From assembly GCA_010015585.1 (NCBI GenBank), contig ML975158.1: a stretch of DNA of 34,473 nucleotides; one strand, 5' to 3'. The stretch comes from Eremomyces bilateralis CBS 781.70 (Eukaryota). The notes under the pieces were generated by a model. That model was given only the letters and a program-made list of their open reading frames with translations, did no database searches and was not told the origin of the DNA. Position 1 is the first letter of the stretch. Each line of letters begins with the position of its first letter. This document shows, piece after piece, positions 11,852-22,760 of this stretch. A program made the translations under genes and the position numbers.

Positions 11852-13933
11852 CTAAAACCCCAGTGTTGGCAGAAGAGATAACACAGTCTTACACAACGGT
11901 ACAGCTAGATTGAGGAAAGGTTTCGGATCATCAGGAAAAGACGCAATCAGCTTCAACCCAGCGTCTATCACCAGGTCTAGACCGCTCCCAACCAAGTTCG
12001 AACCCATGAGTCCCGAAAGTCCCGAAAGCTGCGAGCTGTTGCCGAGTAATGATCCGAGAGACCCCTCTAGTGCCTGTTTGAGGATCGTCTTCGCATCTCG
12101 AGTTGCGGTCAGGTCAATGGTCTGAAATGCTTTCTCCCAGTAGGGAAGATGTTGACCGTTGTAGACCACATTTTTCCCTCGGACCCCAGCCACGACGAGT
12201 CCTTGACGGAGGTAGGGATATTCTATCCTCAGTAATTCTTCGATATGTTGATTCGCAACATCCAGGAACGCTTGGCCTTCAATGGCGTAAGTATGGTTCC
12301 CCGGCTGTAACGTCAATGCGTTTATCGTGGCATTGCCGACAACGATGTTGCCAACGACGGCCTCGCCAGTGATATTCCCCTGTGCAGGATCGTTAGCAAA
12401 AGCCGTTGAATTGGCTTGTTTTATCTACAAATACGCTAGGAGTAGTCATACAAGGTCAATCGTAGCAGGAGCAGGATTCGGGGCAAGCAATTCCACTTCA
12501 ATGTTGTTTCCCGCCTCGTCCGGTCGTGTCAGTGCTACGGAGTTAATCAAAAAGTCCGTGAAGTTGTGGAAACCTTCGTTCTGTGTCAGGTGGAGAAGTC
12601 CTGTCAGAGGTTCAATATCACTGACCGGGAAAGCCTGCAACTTTGTCAATGTTGACCTTAGCACTTAGACCAGCAACTTTGACAGTCGTCGATGCTGTGC
12701 CCCTAATAGTAAAGGTTTTGTTATACGCCACAATGTTGACGAACCGCGCAAACTCCCGGACGTCGCCCAATGTTAAAGTCTGGTTCCGGAGTTCTAAGTG
12801 ATCTCCTGGGCTGAATTTCAATGCGGGGATGTTGACCATTGCGAATGGAGGGGCATCCGGTTGGGACACTCTGTCCCCGACGTAGAAAGAGGCATTCATG
12901 CCGGACAATGACGGATAGACCGCACCAGGGACGCGGACAGTGGACCAGAGATCGAAATGGATTGAATCATTTGTTGGATTTGTCATGCTTGCGTTGACGC
13001 CGGTGATTGGTACCTCCATTTGATCCACCATATACTGTGCAAATGGAGGAAGCGCGTAGAAGATCCTGGACAAGATATCAGCGTACGGGGTACAAGTTGG
13101 CTGACTGCATGAGCAGTGATAGGTTCAATCGGTTACTCACAGAATGGGAATGGCGATTGCTAAGGCAATAATGCCCGCAACACTGTACAAAAACCAATGC
13201 CGGACGATGCTCTTCGCCAGTATTCCCCTAGTTACCGTGAGAGTGATGCATACGATGAGTACTCTCCGCCTTACTTTGCCTTGATATCCACCGTGTCATC
13301 ATATGATTCCGTTTTTGCTTCTGTAGGGTTGATTCCGACCCTATACAGACTATCAAATTGTTGCTCTTTGGCCTGGATTCTTTACTTACCCCCGAATTCG
13401 CTTGTTTGCAACTGCGAAGATATCAAGGAGGACCCGAACAGCACCCTTTCAGCGGTGTTAATGCAAGCCTCCTCTTTACCAATAATGGGAGGAGTGCCAG
13501 GAGAAACATACAAAGAACGCAGACCCGAGCCAGGCAAACGAGGTGAGAAAGCAGAACGTCGTTGCTGCAGTATATGACGGACATCTCCCTGTGACCTTCG
13601 AAAATCCATAGCAGTCTGTTTGTACAAACTGAACAAGGATTGCATGTCAGAACGATCAGATTAACTGAAGTACCGAAGAACACTTACGAGCTCGAGCAGC
13701 ATAAAACCGGCACAGATAGCCCACATTACCCCAAAGAAGCCATCGTATACAAAATGAGGGTAAGGGGGAATTAATGCGCCGACAAGAGTTATTGCAGAAC
13801 AGACTTCGATGAATATAAGGAAATCCTCTGCATGTCCCAGGTCATGAATAAATGATGCAACGAGACCCAGGACTATGATGGACCCGGCCAAAGCACCCAG
13901 CCGTGCAATGAAAGAAACGGCTTTCAGAAACAT
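11852..13933 (-). CDS. Membrane protein: N-terminal MARVEL-like 4-TM domain, a further TM anchor and a DUF3712-like domain; 8 exons
   Basis: Introns 13629-13687, 13446-13511, 13341-13389, 13228-13274, 13066-13140, 12574-12625 and 12380-12451 are all GT..AG, and their phases give one continuous frame. The C-terminal part has RHWFLYSV-TM, NPTNDS, PFAMVNIP, NPAPATIDLGNIT and LTLQPGNH. Confidence 0.82.
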
Positions 13934-14019
13934 GCTGAGCAGGAGGACAGTACCTCAGCAGCTTGGGTTCGATACTGGGTAGAAGATGAAAGTCAATGCT
14001 TGGGACCCTGAAATCTGAA

Positions 14020-15420
14020 GAGTCATGGACAGATACCACGATCAAACACGTACACGAACAAACCGTCTGGTATTTTGGGGAGAGCGGTGGAATACATATA
14101 CCTGCGAGTTTGGCACCAACTCTTGTAGTGCCACTTTTCAAAGAGACGTCTCGCTGCACAATAGTGACAATAGCGTCGGTCCCAGACAGTCGAATGGGCT
14201 TGTGGATGCAAGGAGGTATCCATGTCTCAATAGTCCAGCCGGATTGGCTCGCATGGTGCCTCACCTTGTTAGTCAATAATGCCACCTGATATGTCGAAGA
14301 CGTTCATGAAGTAGAAATCGCGAAATGAACAAATAGCATGATGCTTTGTTGTAAGTTTAACAATATCGCTGTCCGGAGCCAAGTGGTCCACCTCCGTTGC
14401 AGTGCGCCATTGTGGGGAAAGCTTGTGGAGGAACAGGGGCGTCTCGGATGATTTTGGTTCCGACTGTTCCCCATCCCAATTCCCATGGAATCGGCAACGG
14501 CAGGACTCGCTTTGATCCGAACAAACAACTTTCGAATCCAAAAACGGCATCCATCGATTATACAATCGATGAAGCACATGCTGATTCCTCTCATATCCAA
14601 CCCCGCGATTCCAAGAACATAGCTCGCAAGGAAAGATCGTCGTCCGGACCATTCTTGTTGCATCCTTCCACCTTCTCGAACAAAGGTCGCCTTCCTACAC
14701 CATGGGTCACGCTGCGAAGAACCCACGCCCGTGGTCTTTGCTTCTGATCAGCATGCACATAACGCTCGTGATCATCGGATGCTGTGTATCCAAACCCGAA
14801 GGCCAAATATCAATCCTCCACATCGTGACGCTTCGACATCAGCTTTTGGCATGTTCCCACGGATGTCCACGATCCGCAAAGTTGGGGGAAGTCTGTAAGG
14901 GCTGCGCGAGCAAGTTCAAAGCGGAATTCACGGTATTTCTCGCGATCCGAGACAGCGTCGATGGTTTGTAGCCATCCATCATAAGATCCGTCTCAGGGTA
15001 AATGTGAGCAGGTTGCTCAGTGGATCCAGCATAGAGGTCCAGATCCTAATATAAGGAAAAGCATCGGACGGGACTTGAACGATCCCCTCGACTCCTTGGC
15101 CTGGGTGCACTAGGACGGAAAGCCTTCCTCAAGCATCGACATCAAATCCTGGGGCGTACTGCTTGATATAGCAATGAAGATTTTCCGAGCACTCGAGACT
15201 GAGCTGCAAGAATCCATGGAGAAATGGCAATCTCTCAACGGCAGTCTTCCTTTTGTGTTCAATCCCAGAATCGGGATCTGACTGACATCCAAACAATTAC
15301 AATAGAGAGGTCATTAGCCATGTCACTAGAGGATACACTCAGAGCGGGCGTCCGACATCATGATGAAAGTTCATAAATGATAACACAACCTCGATGAAAT
15401 GGCATGGGAGATACAGACCC
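14020..15420 (-). pseudogene. Degenerate intron-containing gene of unknown function
   Basis: A run of protein-like minus-strand segments (15292-15110, about 15050-14810, 14806-14591, 14652-14269, 14223-14023) broken by stops, with intron-like signals near 15285-15345. No family recognised. Confidence 0.3.
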
Positions 15421-15487
15421 AGTCCCTGTCCCAAGTATGGTAGACTTCGGCGGTTGACCGGTCGGCGCCTTTAGTGTATTAACAATG

Positions 15488-15985
15488 TGTTAGTGAGTCT
15501 GGTTAACACGGCCACCTACGAAGCCGTGCTAAAAGACCAGCTATATGAAATGAGCTAGAAGCCATAGCACGACATACTAGAGACTTAAAATGACATCTCA
15601 GAAGAGGGGATGAATACAGGCAAGACCTGGGAAGAGAAGACCTCAGGATAGAACATGAACGTGCTTCAGGAAAGAGTGTGGTGCATCGTTGAAGGTAGCC
15701 TTGCAAGAGCGAGAGAGAGAGATTCTGTCGGAAATCAGCGGTCTACTTAGTCATCCCATTCTGTACATTACGTAAGCCTGGGTATATCTACCCTGCGATG
15801 TATCCTACCTTTACACAATACAAGCATCTCACTGCCTCTGAACAGGTATCCTATTGTTTCCGTGGTTTGCTCTGTAAACACCAGAACAGATAAACGCCTC
15901 GCACACCTTAGATAGATTCCTCCTTCATAGCAACAATTCAATGTTTGCCTCACGATTGGAGATTCCCGACAGTGAGACTCTTACA
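15488..15985 (+). repeat. Probable 5' LTR of the Gypsy relic
   Basis: Starts TGTTAGTGAGTCT and ends AGACTCTTACA (imperfect terminal inverted repeat). It has an internal TATA-like GGTATATC and a CAATACAA signal, and lies just upstream of gag. Boundaries are tentative. Confidence 0.5.
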
Positions 15986-16149
15986 CTTTGTTGCTATCTT
16001 CTCTATGAGTGTTTACTTATTCGGAATATATTGATTGATTGAGAATCATTGAAATCAGCAGTTGAGCACTCTGATTAGTCACGCTGTGACTAGGACCCAT
16101 CGAAAGAAAGACCCATAAAGAACCGGAATTACCGAACCGACAAATCAAG

Positions 16150-17954
16150 ATGTCAGAACCCCATCGATCCTTGTCAGCGTACAGATCGGATGAACACGAG
16201 TCGGAATTCGAGCCGCAGGCTCAGCAAGAGATACAAGATGTGGCCGACACTCCGCAGATGAAACACGCGGGAGTATACCCAGAAGACAGGCGGTAAGAGA
16301 TCCGTCAAGGGAAAAAGCCTATTGAAGTAGGCACTGAGAGAAAGATCCTGAAGTTGGATCCGAAGAACCACTACTACCTTCGATTTGAAGAATCCGTAGT
16401 CCTCGATGCTAGAGGTGCGCCAACGAAGGCAGCTTCCGTAGGACTTCGAATCTTCCTTCGAAATCCTTATGGAGGAGACGCCGTTACTAGGCCGGAGCGC
16501 CTTGCGACCTTTTACACCGGCGATGCTTTCTTGCGTCACGTTCAAGATGACCCAAAGGGATAGTTTACCCTCGTTCTTCGTGCGGTGAAGAACTACCAAG
16601 ACGAGCAGGAAACTATCACCGAATTATTAACACTAGTACGAGAAATGCGTGCGACGCCGACCAAGAAAATGATAAAGCCTACTAATGCTTTCCCTGTTAA
16701 AAGAGAGGAGAAGTATATGGCGATGAATGACAAACTAATCCGTATGCGAGCTTAGAGAGATAAGTATAAGTCTTAGCAGAAAGACCTCTAAGCCGAGATC
16801 GCAGAACTTAAAAACAGGGTTAAAAACCTTAAGACCGAAAAGAGCCAGGCAGACCCTATAGAACGACGATATACTGGCTTCTACGAATCTGAAGAGGAAG
16901 ATCCCCTAGAGCTGCCTCCACTGAGGCCCCGAGCTCTAGTATCCTCCCCGGCAGTCGTCGAGTCTCGTTACACGACTCCTGGCACCAATGCCTCGATGTC
17001 TATTTCTACCAAGAAGCGTGCTGTAAAGCCTTTTTAATTCAAAGGCACCGATATAGACAAGAAGCTATTTGACAACTGAAAGTTCATGGTTAACCATTGG
17101 TTCCGCCTCGACAGTCACCTATATACNNNNNNNNNNNNNNNNNNNNNNNNNNNNNNNNNNNNNNNNNNNNNNNNNNNNNNNNNNNNNNNNNNNNNNNNNN
17201 NNNNNNNNNNNNNNNNNNNNNNNNNNNNNNNNNNNNNNNNNNNNNNNNNNNNNNNNNNNNNNNNNNNNNNNNNNNNNNNNNNNNNNNNNNNNNNNNNNNN
17301 NNNNNNNNNNNNNNNNNNNNNNNNNNNNNNNNNNNNNNNNNNNNNNNNNNNNNNNNACATCTTACCGACGAGGATAAGATCGCCTATCTCCGCGAATGCC
17401 TAAAGCGAGGAATGAAATTCGACATGGCCAACTGCCATACTAAAAACTTCAACGACTTCGTCGACGCGTGCCGTATAACGGAAGAGAATACCACCGATGC
17501 TCGCAACTACGGAGGACGCCAACGCGTCTCTGACTCACCACGCGGTGGGAGCAGAGGTCGTAAAAGCTACAGCAATGGCCATAGCAACGGCAACAGCAAC
17601 GGAAATGGCTACAAGAACGGCCACCACAAGAGGTCCAGCAGCGGCAGCAGCCACAGCAATGGCTACAGCAACGGCCATAGCAGCAGCCATAGCAACGGCC
17701 ATATCTACGGCAACAGTAACTTGTACTGGCCTTACGGCCGGACTAAATTCCAACGAGAGGAATTAAAGGCTGAACGCAGATGTTTCGTTTGCCTTAAGCC
17801 AGGTCATATGGCTAACGCAGACGACGCTCCGTGCAAGGGACAGAAACCTACTAAGATGACCGAGAACGTCCTCGCGTACGACACGGGGCAGAAGGCTCCT
17901 CACCCGAAGCCCCGAGTGGACGACTACCCCGAGTCATCCGATTCGGAAAACTGA
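16150..17954 (+). pseudogene. Ty3/Gypsy gag-like ORF with RIP-type stops, spanning an assembly gap
   Basis: ATG at 16150 and several TAA/TAG interruptions. The C-terminal zinc knuckle is RCFVCLKPGHMANADDAPC. It ends ...DSEN* over a GGAAAAC slippery-like site, as in fungal Gypsy gag-pol junctions. pol is missing. Confidence 0.8.
17127..17356. other. Assembly gap
   Basis: Run of N. Confidence 1.
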
Positions 17955-18008
17955 AACCCTCCGGCGATAGTCGCGCCAGACATCCACCCGGCCTTTAGAG
18001 GTCTTCCC

Positions 18009-18677
18009 GGTGGCGTGCACGGTCCCACCTCATGCACGATTTGATATCAGCACACTCGAACGTTAGAATTATAATAACTTTGCCAAAATGGATCCAATTG
18101 AGGCAGCTCTTGCTGCGTTAGCCTTAGAAGAAAAGCCCAATTATACCGCGACAGCAAAGAAGTTTAAAGTCAATCGTTCTACTTTGTCGAGACGCCATCG
18201 GAAAGTCACTACCTCCAGGCATGAAGCCTACGAACAACAGGGCAAATTGAGCGCCCACCAAGAATCTAGGCTAATCGCCTATATAAACGACCTCTGTAGG
18301 CGTGGGTTTCCTCCTACCTCTGCGATGGTATGGAATTTCGCGTCGGATATCGCAAAACAGGAGGTGGGCAAGAATTGGGTGGGCCGATTCGTGGAGCGAC
18401 ACGCCGCCATACTCGACGCCAAATATCTTGGTATTATCGAGAGCTCCAGGACTCGTGCAGATAAGGCGAAGGACTATTATGATTTCTACGAGTTGCTACG
18501 CGTAAAAATTGCGGAATATGAGATCATACCGGAGAACATGTACAACATGGATGAGAAGGGTTTCCTAATCGGGATGATGACCAAGATGAAACGTATCATC
18601 ACAAAAGAGGTTATGAGGCAAAATAAGAGCTTGGCAGCTACGACCGATGGAAATCGCGAGTGGATTACTATACTTGC
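18009..18677 (+). mobile_element. 5' fragment of a pogo/Fot1-like transposon (transposase from 18088, truncated at 18677)
   Basis: HTH-psq (NYTATAKKFKVNRSTLSRR), CENP-B-type HTH (VGKNWVGRFVERH), first catalytic D in YNMDEKGF, then DGNREWITIL cut by an LTR. A repeated TGCACG terminal motif lies at 18009-18040. Confidence 0.9.
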
Positions 18678-18865
18678 TGTCAAGGGCCCAAACCACGAAG
18701 GATTTGGTAAGCTGGTAACGCTGTTGAATTGCTAAAGAGAGAAGGAGAAGATCTCTCTCACTGCGATCTGCTATTTACATCTGTGGGCAAACGGTCTACC
18801 CATCCCTTCTGCCTTAGGCCGCAAGGCCACAACACACAGACTGGGCAAAGCCCAAGACTGTCACA
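18678..18865 (-). repeat. Solo LTR (188 bp)
   Basis: On the minus strand it reads TGTGACA...TTGACA with a TGTAAATAG TATA-like box and a CT-rich tract. 128 bp are identical to 21879-22006 in inverted orientation. No TSD (CTTGC versus GTATC). Confidence 0.8.
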
Positions 18866-19634
18866 GTATCAACCCTTTTAGGGAGCTTGCTGATCTCTTT
18901 ATTGCTAGTAAGGTTCAGAACCTCAACGAGCGCCTTATACTGGGACCGAGGGACACCGTACTGCTGTACCCATGTGCCCATTGCAAGGGCGAAGTCAGTC
19001 ATTGGCTGGGTGGCAATCCTGCGTGGCAGAGGTAGAGAGGTATCTGAAGGAATAAAATACTTGGAGTTGGCGGCGAAGGGGTGAGGAGCTTCTTGGGTAA
19101 CTTGACTTGTCTCCGTGGTAGCCACCGTCTGACTACTAATAGTAGCGGTCTCTTCATCGGATTCGATATCGTTAGCAACAGGCGTTAAATCCTCGATATC
19201 CTCTGCCGGGAACTGGTATTCAGCAAGTTCACGACGGTCATCCAGGGTAGGCATCGTCTCATTAAGCTCGCTTGCTAGCATGGCCTGCGTACCCCCGAGT
19301 ATGGCTTCGAAGCTATTAAACCTAAGGTCTTCTTCAGTGGCATCCTATAAGGAGTTTGTACTCTATTAACATAAAACAGGTAAAAGGTGATAGGACCTAC
19401 TTCGAATAACATTCCCATATCATCCTCGTCGCTATCATCAAGCATTGGACGCTTAGACGATGGCTCTATACTACCAATAGTATCTGATAGTTTAGTATCA
19501 TCGTCAACTTCCTCCACGAGTTGTCCTGCGAGCTGCTGAGCCTCTTGCTGCGCCCGCGTTATAGCCTCGTACTGAGCTTCTATGTGACGGCGAATAGCAG
19601 TGATTCGCCCAGATTGTCGGTATGATTTCACCAT
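18866..19634 (-). pseudogene. N-terminal fragment of a probable CMC (CACTA/Mirage/EnSpm-like) transposase, 2 exons, truncated by the LTR
   Basis: Intron 19345-19400 (GTAGGT..TAG) joins ORFs 19634-19401 and 19344-18866 in frame. The end, FALAMGTWVQQYGVPRSQYKALVEVL...LPKRVDT, resembles the W...L..L...LP...TL motif upstream of CMC DDE cores. Confidence 0.5.
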
Positions 19635-20280
19635 AATGGCCGTAATCGATGAGAGGCTGGAATAGAGGAAAATCCGATGTATATAGTAAAGAGTAGAGGT
19701 ATTGAGCGACCATTAGATCTGATGGGGTGAGGTGATTGACGTTGAATTTCGATATTGTACGGTGCCTAGGTAAGAACGGAAAGTGTGAGTGGCGATGGAA
19801 GGTGCGATACGCACAAACGCGTGGACTTCGCGAAATTTACACAATAGAGATTCGATTCTATTCTATAGCGATTCTAGTACCATATGTAGCATAATACAGA
19901 TAGGATTGCAATACTGAACGCTAGAGTGATCTCGAAGAGTTAGTGTAAAGATATCTCGACGTGGGAAGAGAGCATGATATCCCGATGATATAGACTGCAG
20001 ATATAGCTCAAACTGGAAGCTCCCAGCGAGCGTCTGAGAGTCGAAATTAAACCTATTACTAATACTCTGCGAGCCAGTGCGTATAGCGAATAAGGGGTAA
20101 TCGTCTGGGCGAATGGGCAAGCATATATAGCCAAAAGGCGATCGATTTAATCAATAGCAAGGATAGGGCAAAATACGATAAAACCAGAGCAGAAAGAACC
20201 AGATCCGAGCATAGAATTACAGTAAGAAAAAGAGCAGAACTAGCAATAACTACAATATGACTGAGAATAAAGAGAAAAAA

Positions 20281-21387
20281 CTAAATGAAGAGACTCTCAC
20301 CGGTGTGAGCACCACCAGAACTACTAGTAGGGGAGGGGAGGGAGGGGAAGGGAGGAGGCGCCGAAACGACCATCCTGCTATGAGAGACTGTCATGTCTCT
20401 CGGAGTCTTCGCCTTCTTAGACCTCACGGTCCTTACAAATGCCTCTTTAAAGAGGTCTTTACGCTTATATGGCGTATATGCTTCATAAGCAACCATCTCG
20501 TCGTAAAATTGCAGCAGCCGCTGCCTGGCATTCTCATCTTTGCCATCCTCAATCCACCGGCGCACCTCACCCGCAAGATTCGCAAACACGCCTATTACAG
20601 TTAGCGAGCTTCAAAGCTAGGAGAACTAAGAGAGCTAGTAGGAAAAGCAAGAGAAATAGGAGAAATAGGAGAAATAGGAGAAATAGGCGGAGAACTAGAG
20701 AACTAGGGGGAATAGGGGAAACTTGCTCCTGCAATACCACTTCCCAGAAGTGGAAGACCCGTCGTAATCTAGGTATTCATGCATGTAGCCGAAAACGTTA
20801 AAGAAGTTAACGGACGAAAAAACCGACTCCGACTCGATAAATTTGGTAAATTTATCTACTGCAATTGATGCAGCGACTGTATCCTCTTCGATGAGCCGTT
20901 TAACGTAACTCTACGCGAAATTAGCAAAAGAACAACATAGTAAGACGTATAGCTAGCCTTCATGTTCCTGATAGTCTCAAATTGAAGCCTTTGGACCAGG
21001 CATGAATAAAGTCATGCGCTTCTCGCCACTCGACGTCGTCCGCCGTCACAGATCCGTATACATTCTGGATCAATTTGTTTTCCTTAAAACAGCAGTGGAA
21101 AAAGAAATGGTTCCACCTCGTTGATCTGGACAGCTTCGCAACGCGAGCATTGTCCTCACTGACGGCTTCGGCGTGGTGATGGCGCTTCGCTCGTACCCGT
21201 TTCTTCGGGTTACGGAGGTAGGATTGGAAATCCTCGGGCTACTTAATGCGTCAGAGACTGGACTTCCTATATAATTTATATGAGAAAGGCAGTGCGCGGA
21301 GCATACTGGAAGACCTGGTTCATCATCTTCCGCTCCAGCATGGGAGCCGGACAGCGCCGGGTCTATGCCAGCAGCAGTGTTAGCCAT
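20281..21387 (-). pseudogene. Degenerate hypothetical gene, probably an accessory ORF of the same large element
   Basis: Protein-like segments (MANTAAGIDPAL..., SVTADDVEWREAHDFIHAWSKGFNL, FANLAGEVRRWIEDG...) with stops and TpA-rich RIP-like composition. Includes a 9-bp repeat (AGGAGAAAT) in about 4 copies at 20650-20687. Confidence 0.35.
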
Positions 21388-21566
21388 CTCAAATATCGAG
21401 TTTAAGAGTGGTTATAGGTCATCTGAGTCTTATATAAGAAGCTCATCTCATTTATGACGTGTCTACCCGTATGATTAGGTCCAGGAGAGCATCTTAGAGT
21501 TATGGTAGGAGCCGGATTGATAGGAACCCCCAAAGCTAAGCCGAATCTTAGCCGACGTTTTGCCTA

Positions 21567-21611
21567 CCAAACCGTTAACTAACCGTTAACCAACCGCTAA
21601 CCAACCGTTAA
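21567..21611 (+). repeat. 11-bp tandem repeat (CCAACCGTTAA) x4, possible subterminal repeat
   Basis: CAAACCGTTAA CTAACCGTTAA CCAACCGCTAA CCAACCGTTAA; further AACCG motifs are scattered to about 21820. Confidence 0.7.
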
Positions 21612-21791
21612 TTAAGCAAAACGATCGAGGAAATTTCCCGATTGAATTCTAAACCGCTGATATATCTAACCGTAGATAGACCGGTAGATTAGAATAGACG
21701 TTGGGAAATTTAGTAACGTTTAATAGAGAAACCGCATAGAGACTGTAGATTAGATTCATCAGTTACAAGGCAAAACGTCTGGAATTCCGCC

Positions 21792-22006
21792 TGTTATGTG
21801 TGAATTAACCGTCCAAAACCGGATTAGCGTAATCATCGGTTGATTACCAGATATTTTAGTAGCCCCCTGCGCCCTGCTGGATGGGTAGACCGTTTGCCCA
21901 CAGATGTAAATAGCAGATCGCAGTGAGAGAGATCTTCTCCTTCTCTCTTTAGCAATTCAACAGCGTTACCAGCTTACCAAATCCTTCGTGGTTTGGGCCC
22001 TTGACA
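21792..22006 (+). repeat. Solo LTR (about 215 bp) sharing its 3' 128 bp with the LTR at 18678-18865
   Basis: TGTTATG...CTTGACA. 21879-22006 is the exact reverse complement of 18678-18805, while the 5' part is unrelated. The 5' boundary is tentative. Confidence 0.7.
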
Positions 22007-22051
22007 GCCGGAAAGACATTTCTAACTTAAAGAACTTTTGTTGTATATATT

Positions 22052-22135
22052 TGTAACGAAGGCGAATCCTACGAAATAAGAGTATCTCGTGACGGTTTCA
22101 TTCGTGATATCCAAACCTACAAAAAAAGAGAGAAA
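22052..22135. repeat. LTR-like terminus related to 25139-25220
   Basis: Both begin TGTAACGAAGGCGAATCC and share TTCATTCGTGATATyCAAA..CTACArAAAAAGAGAGA. The distal end was not found. Confidence 0.55.
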
Positions 22136-22760
22136 AGGAGGAAAGACAGGATACACTTAAAGGTGCGAAGTTTTCTGGTCCTCACCCCAATATCAGCGCA
22201 TTTGTTTTCAGGTAGGACAAATGACCCTGAGTGGGACACGTTCTCAATGCCCGTGCTGTTCCACACGCAACCCTCGACGCCTCGTGGCCTTGAAGCCTTT
22301 ATTTATGACTATGGTATCGTTCTAAATTCTTTGAGTATGAACACACGGTTGTTCAAGTCTATATATCAAGGTAGTGACCATCTATAGGCAGAGAACTAGG
22401 AGATCGTAATACATATCAGGCTATTTTTTGACTTGAAAGACAATTCTGCATTGGCTTGTGCAGCTTCTAACGTTGGCCGGTCATGCTCCAATGTAGGAGC
22501 GGTAGTATTATGTACAATCATATTTCCCATCTTGGGATTCGTTTCGCTACGCTGAATCGGATGCCATACTCCCAGGACCATGAGCTCGGAATGCTTATCA
22601 TATACAGCACTCCACTAATTCCTGACTCCGTATGCTGTTTGAACTCTGGGGTATCCGACTTTTTATATGAATCTGCCTTGGAGGATGATAGACACAGCGT
22701 ATCCGCTGTGTAAATCTAAAAGGAGAAAAAGGGGAAGGAAGAACAAAGTGTTATAGCAAC

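Noticed and set aside
21567..21611. Telomere-like repeat
   Set aside because: The unit is 11 bp (CCAACCGTTAA), not CCCTAA; it is better explained as a transposon subterminal repeat.
18678..22006. A single DNA transposon with 128-bp TIRs
   Set aside because: There is no flanking TSD, each repeat extends into its own TG..CA LTR-like unit, and the internal ORF is cut by the left repeat.
21789..22009. GCC on both sides of the second solo LTR as a TSD
   Set aside because: LTR retrotransposon TSDs are 4-6 bp and the 5' boundary is tentative, so a 3-bp match is probably chance.
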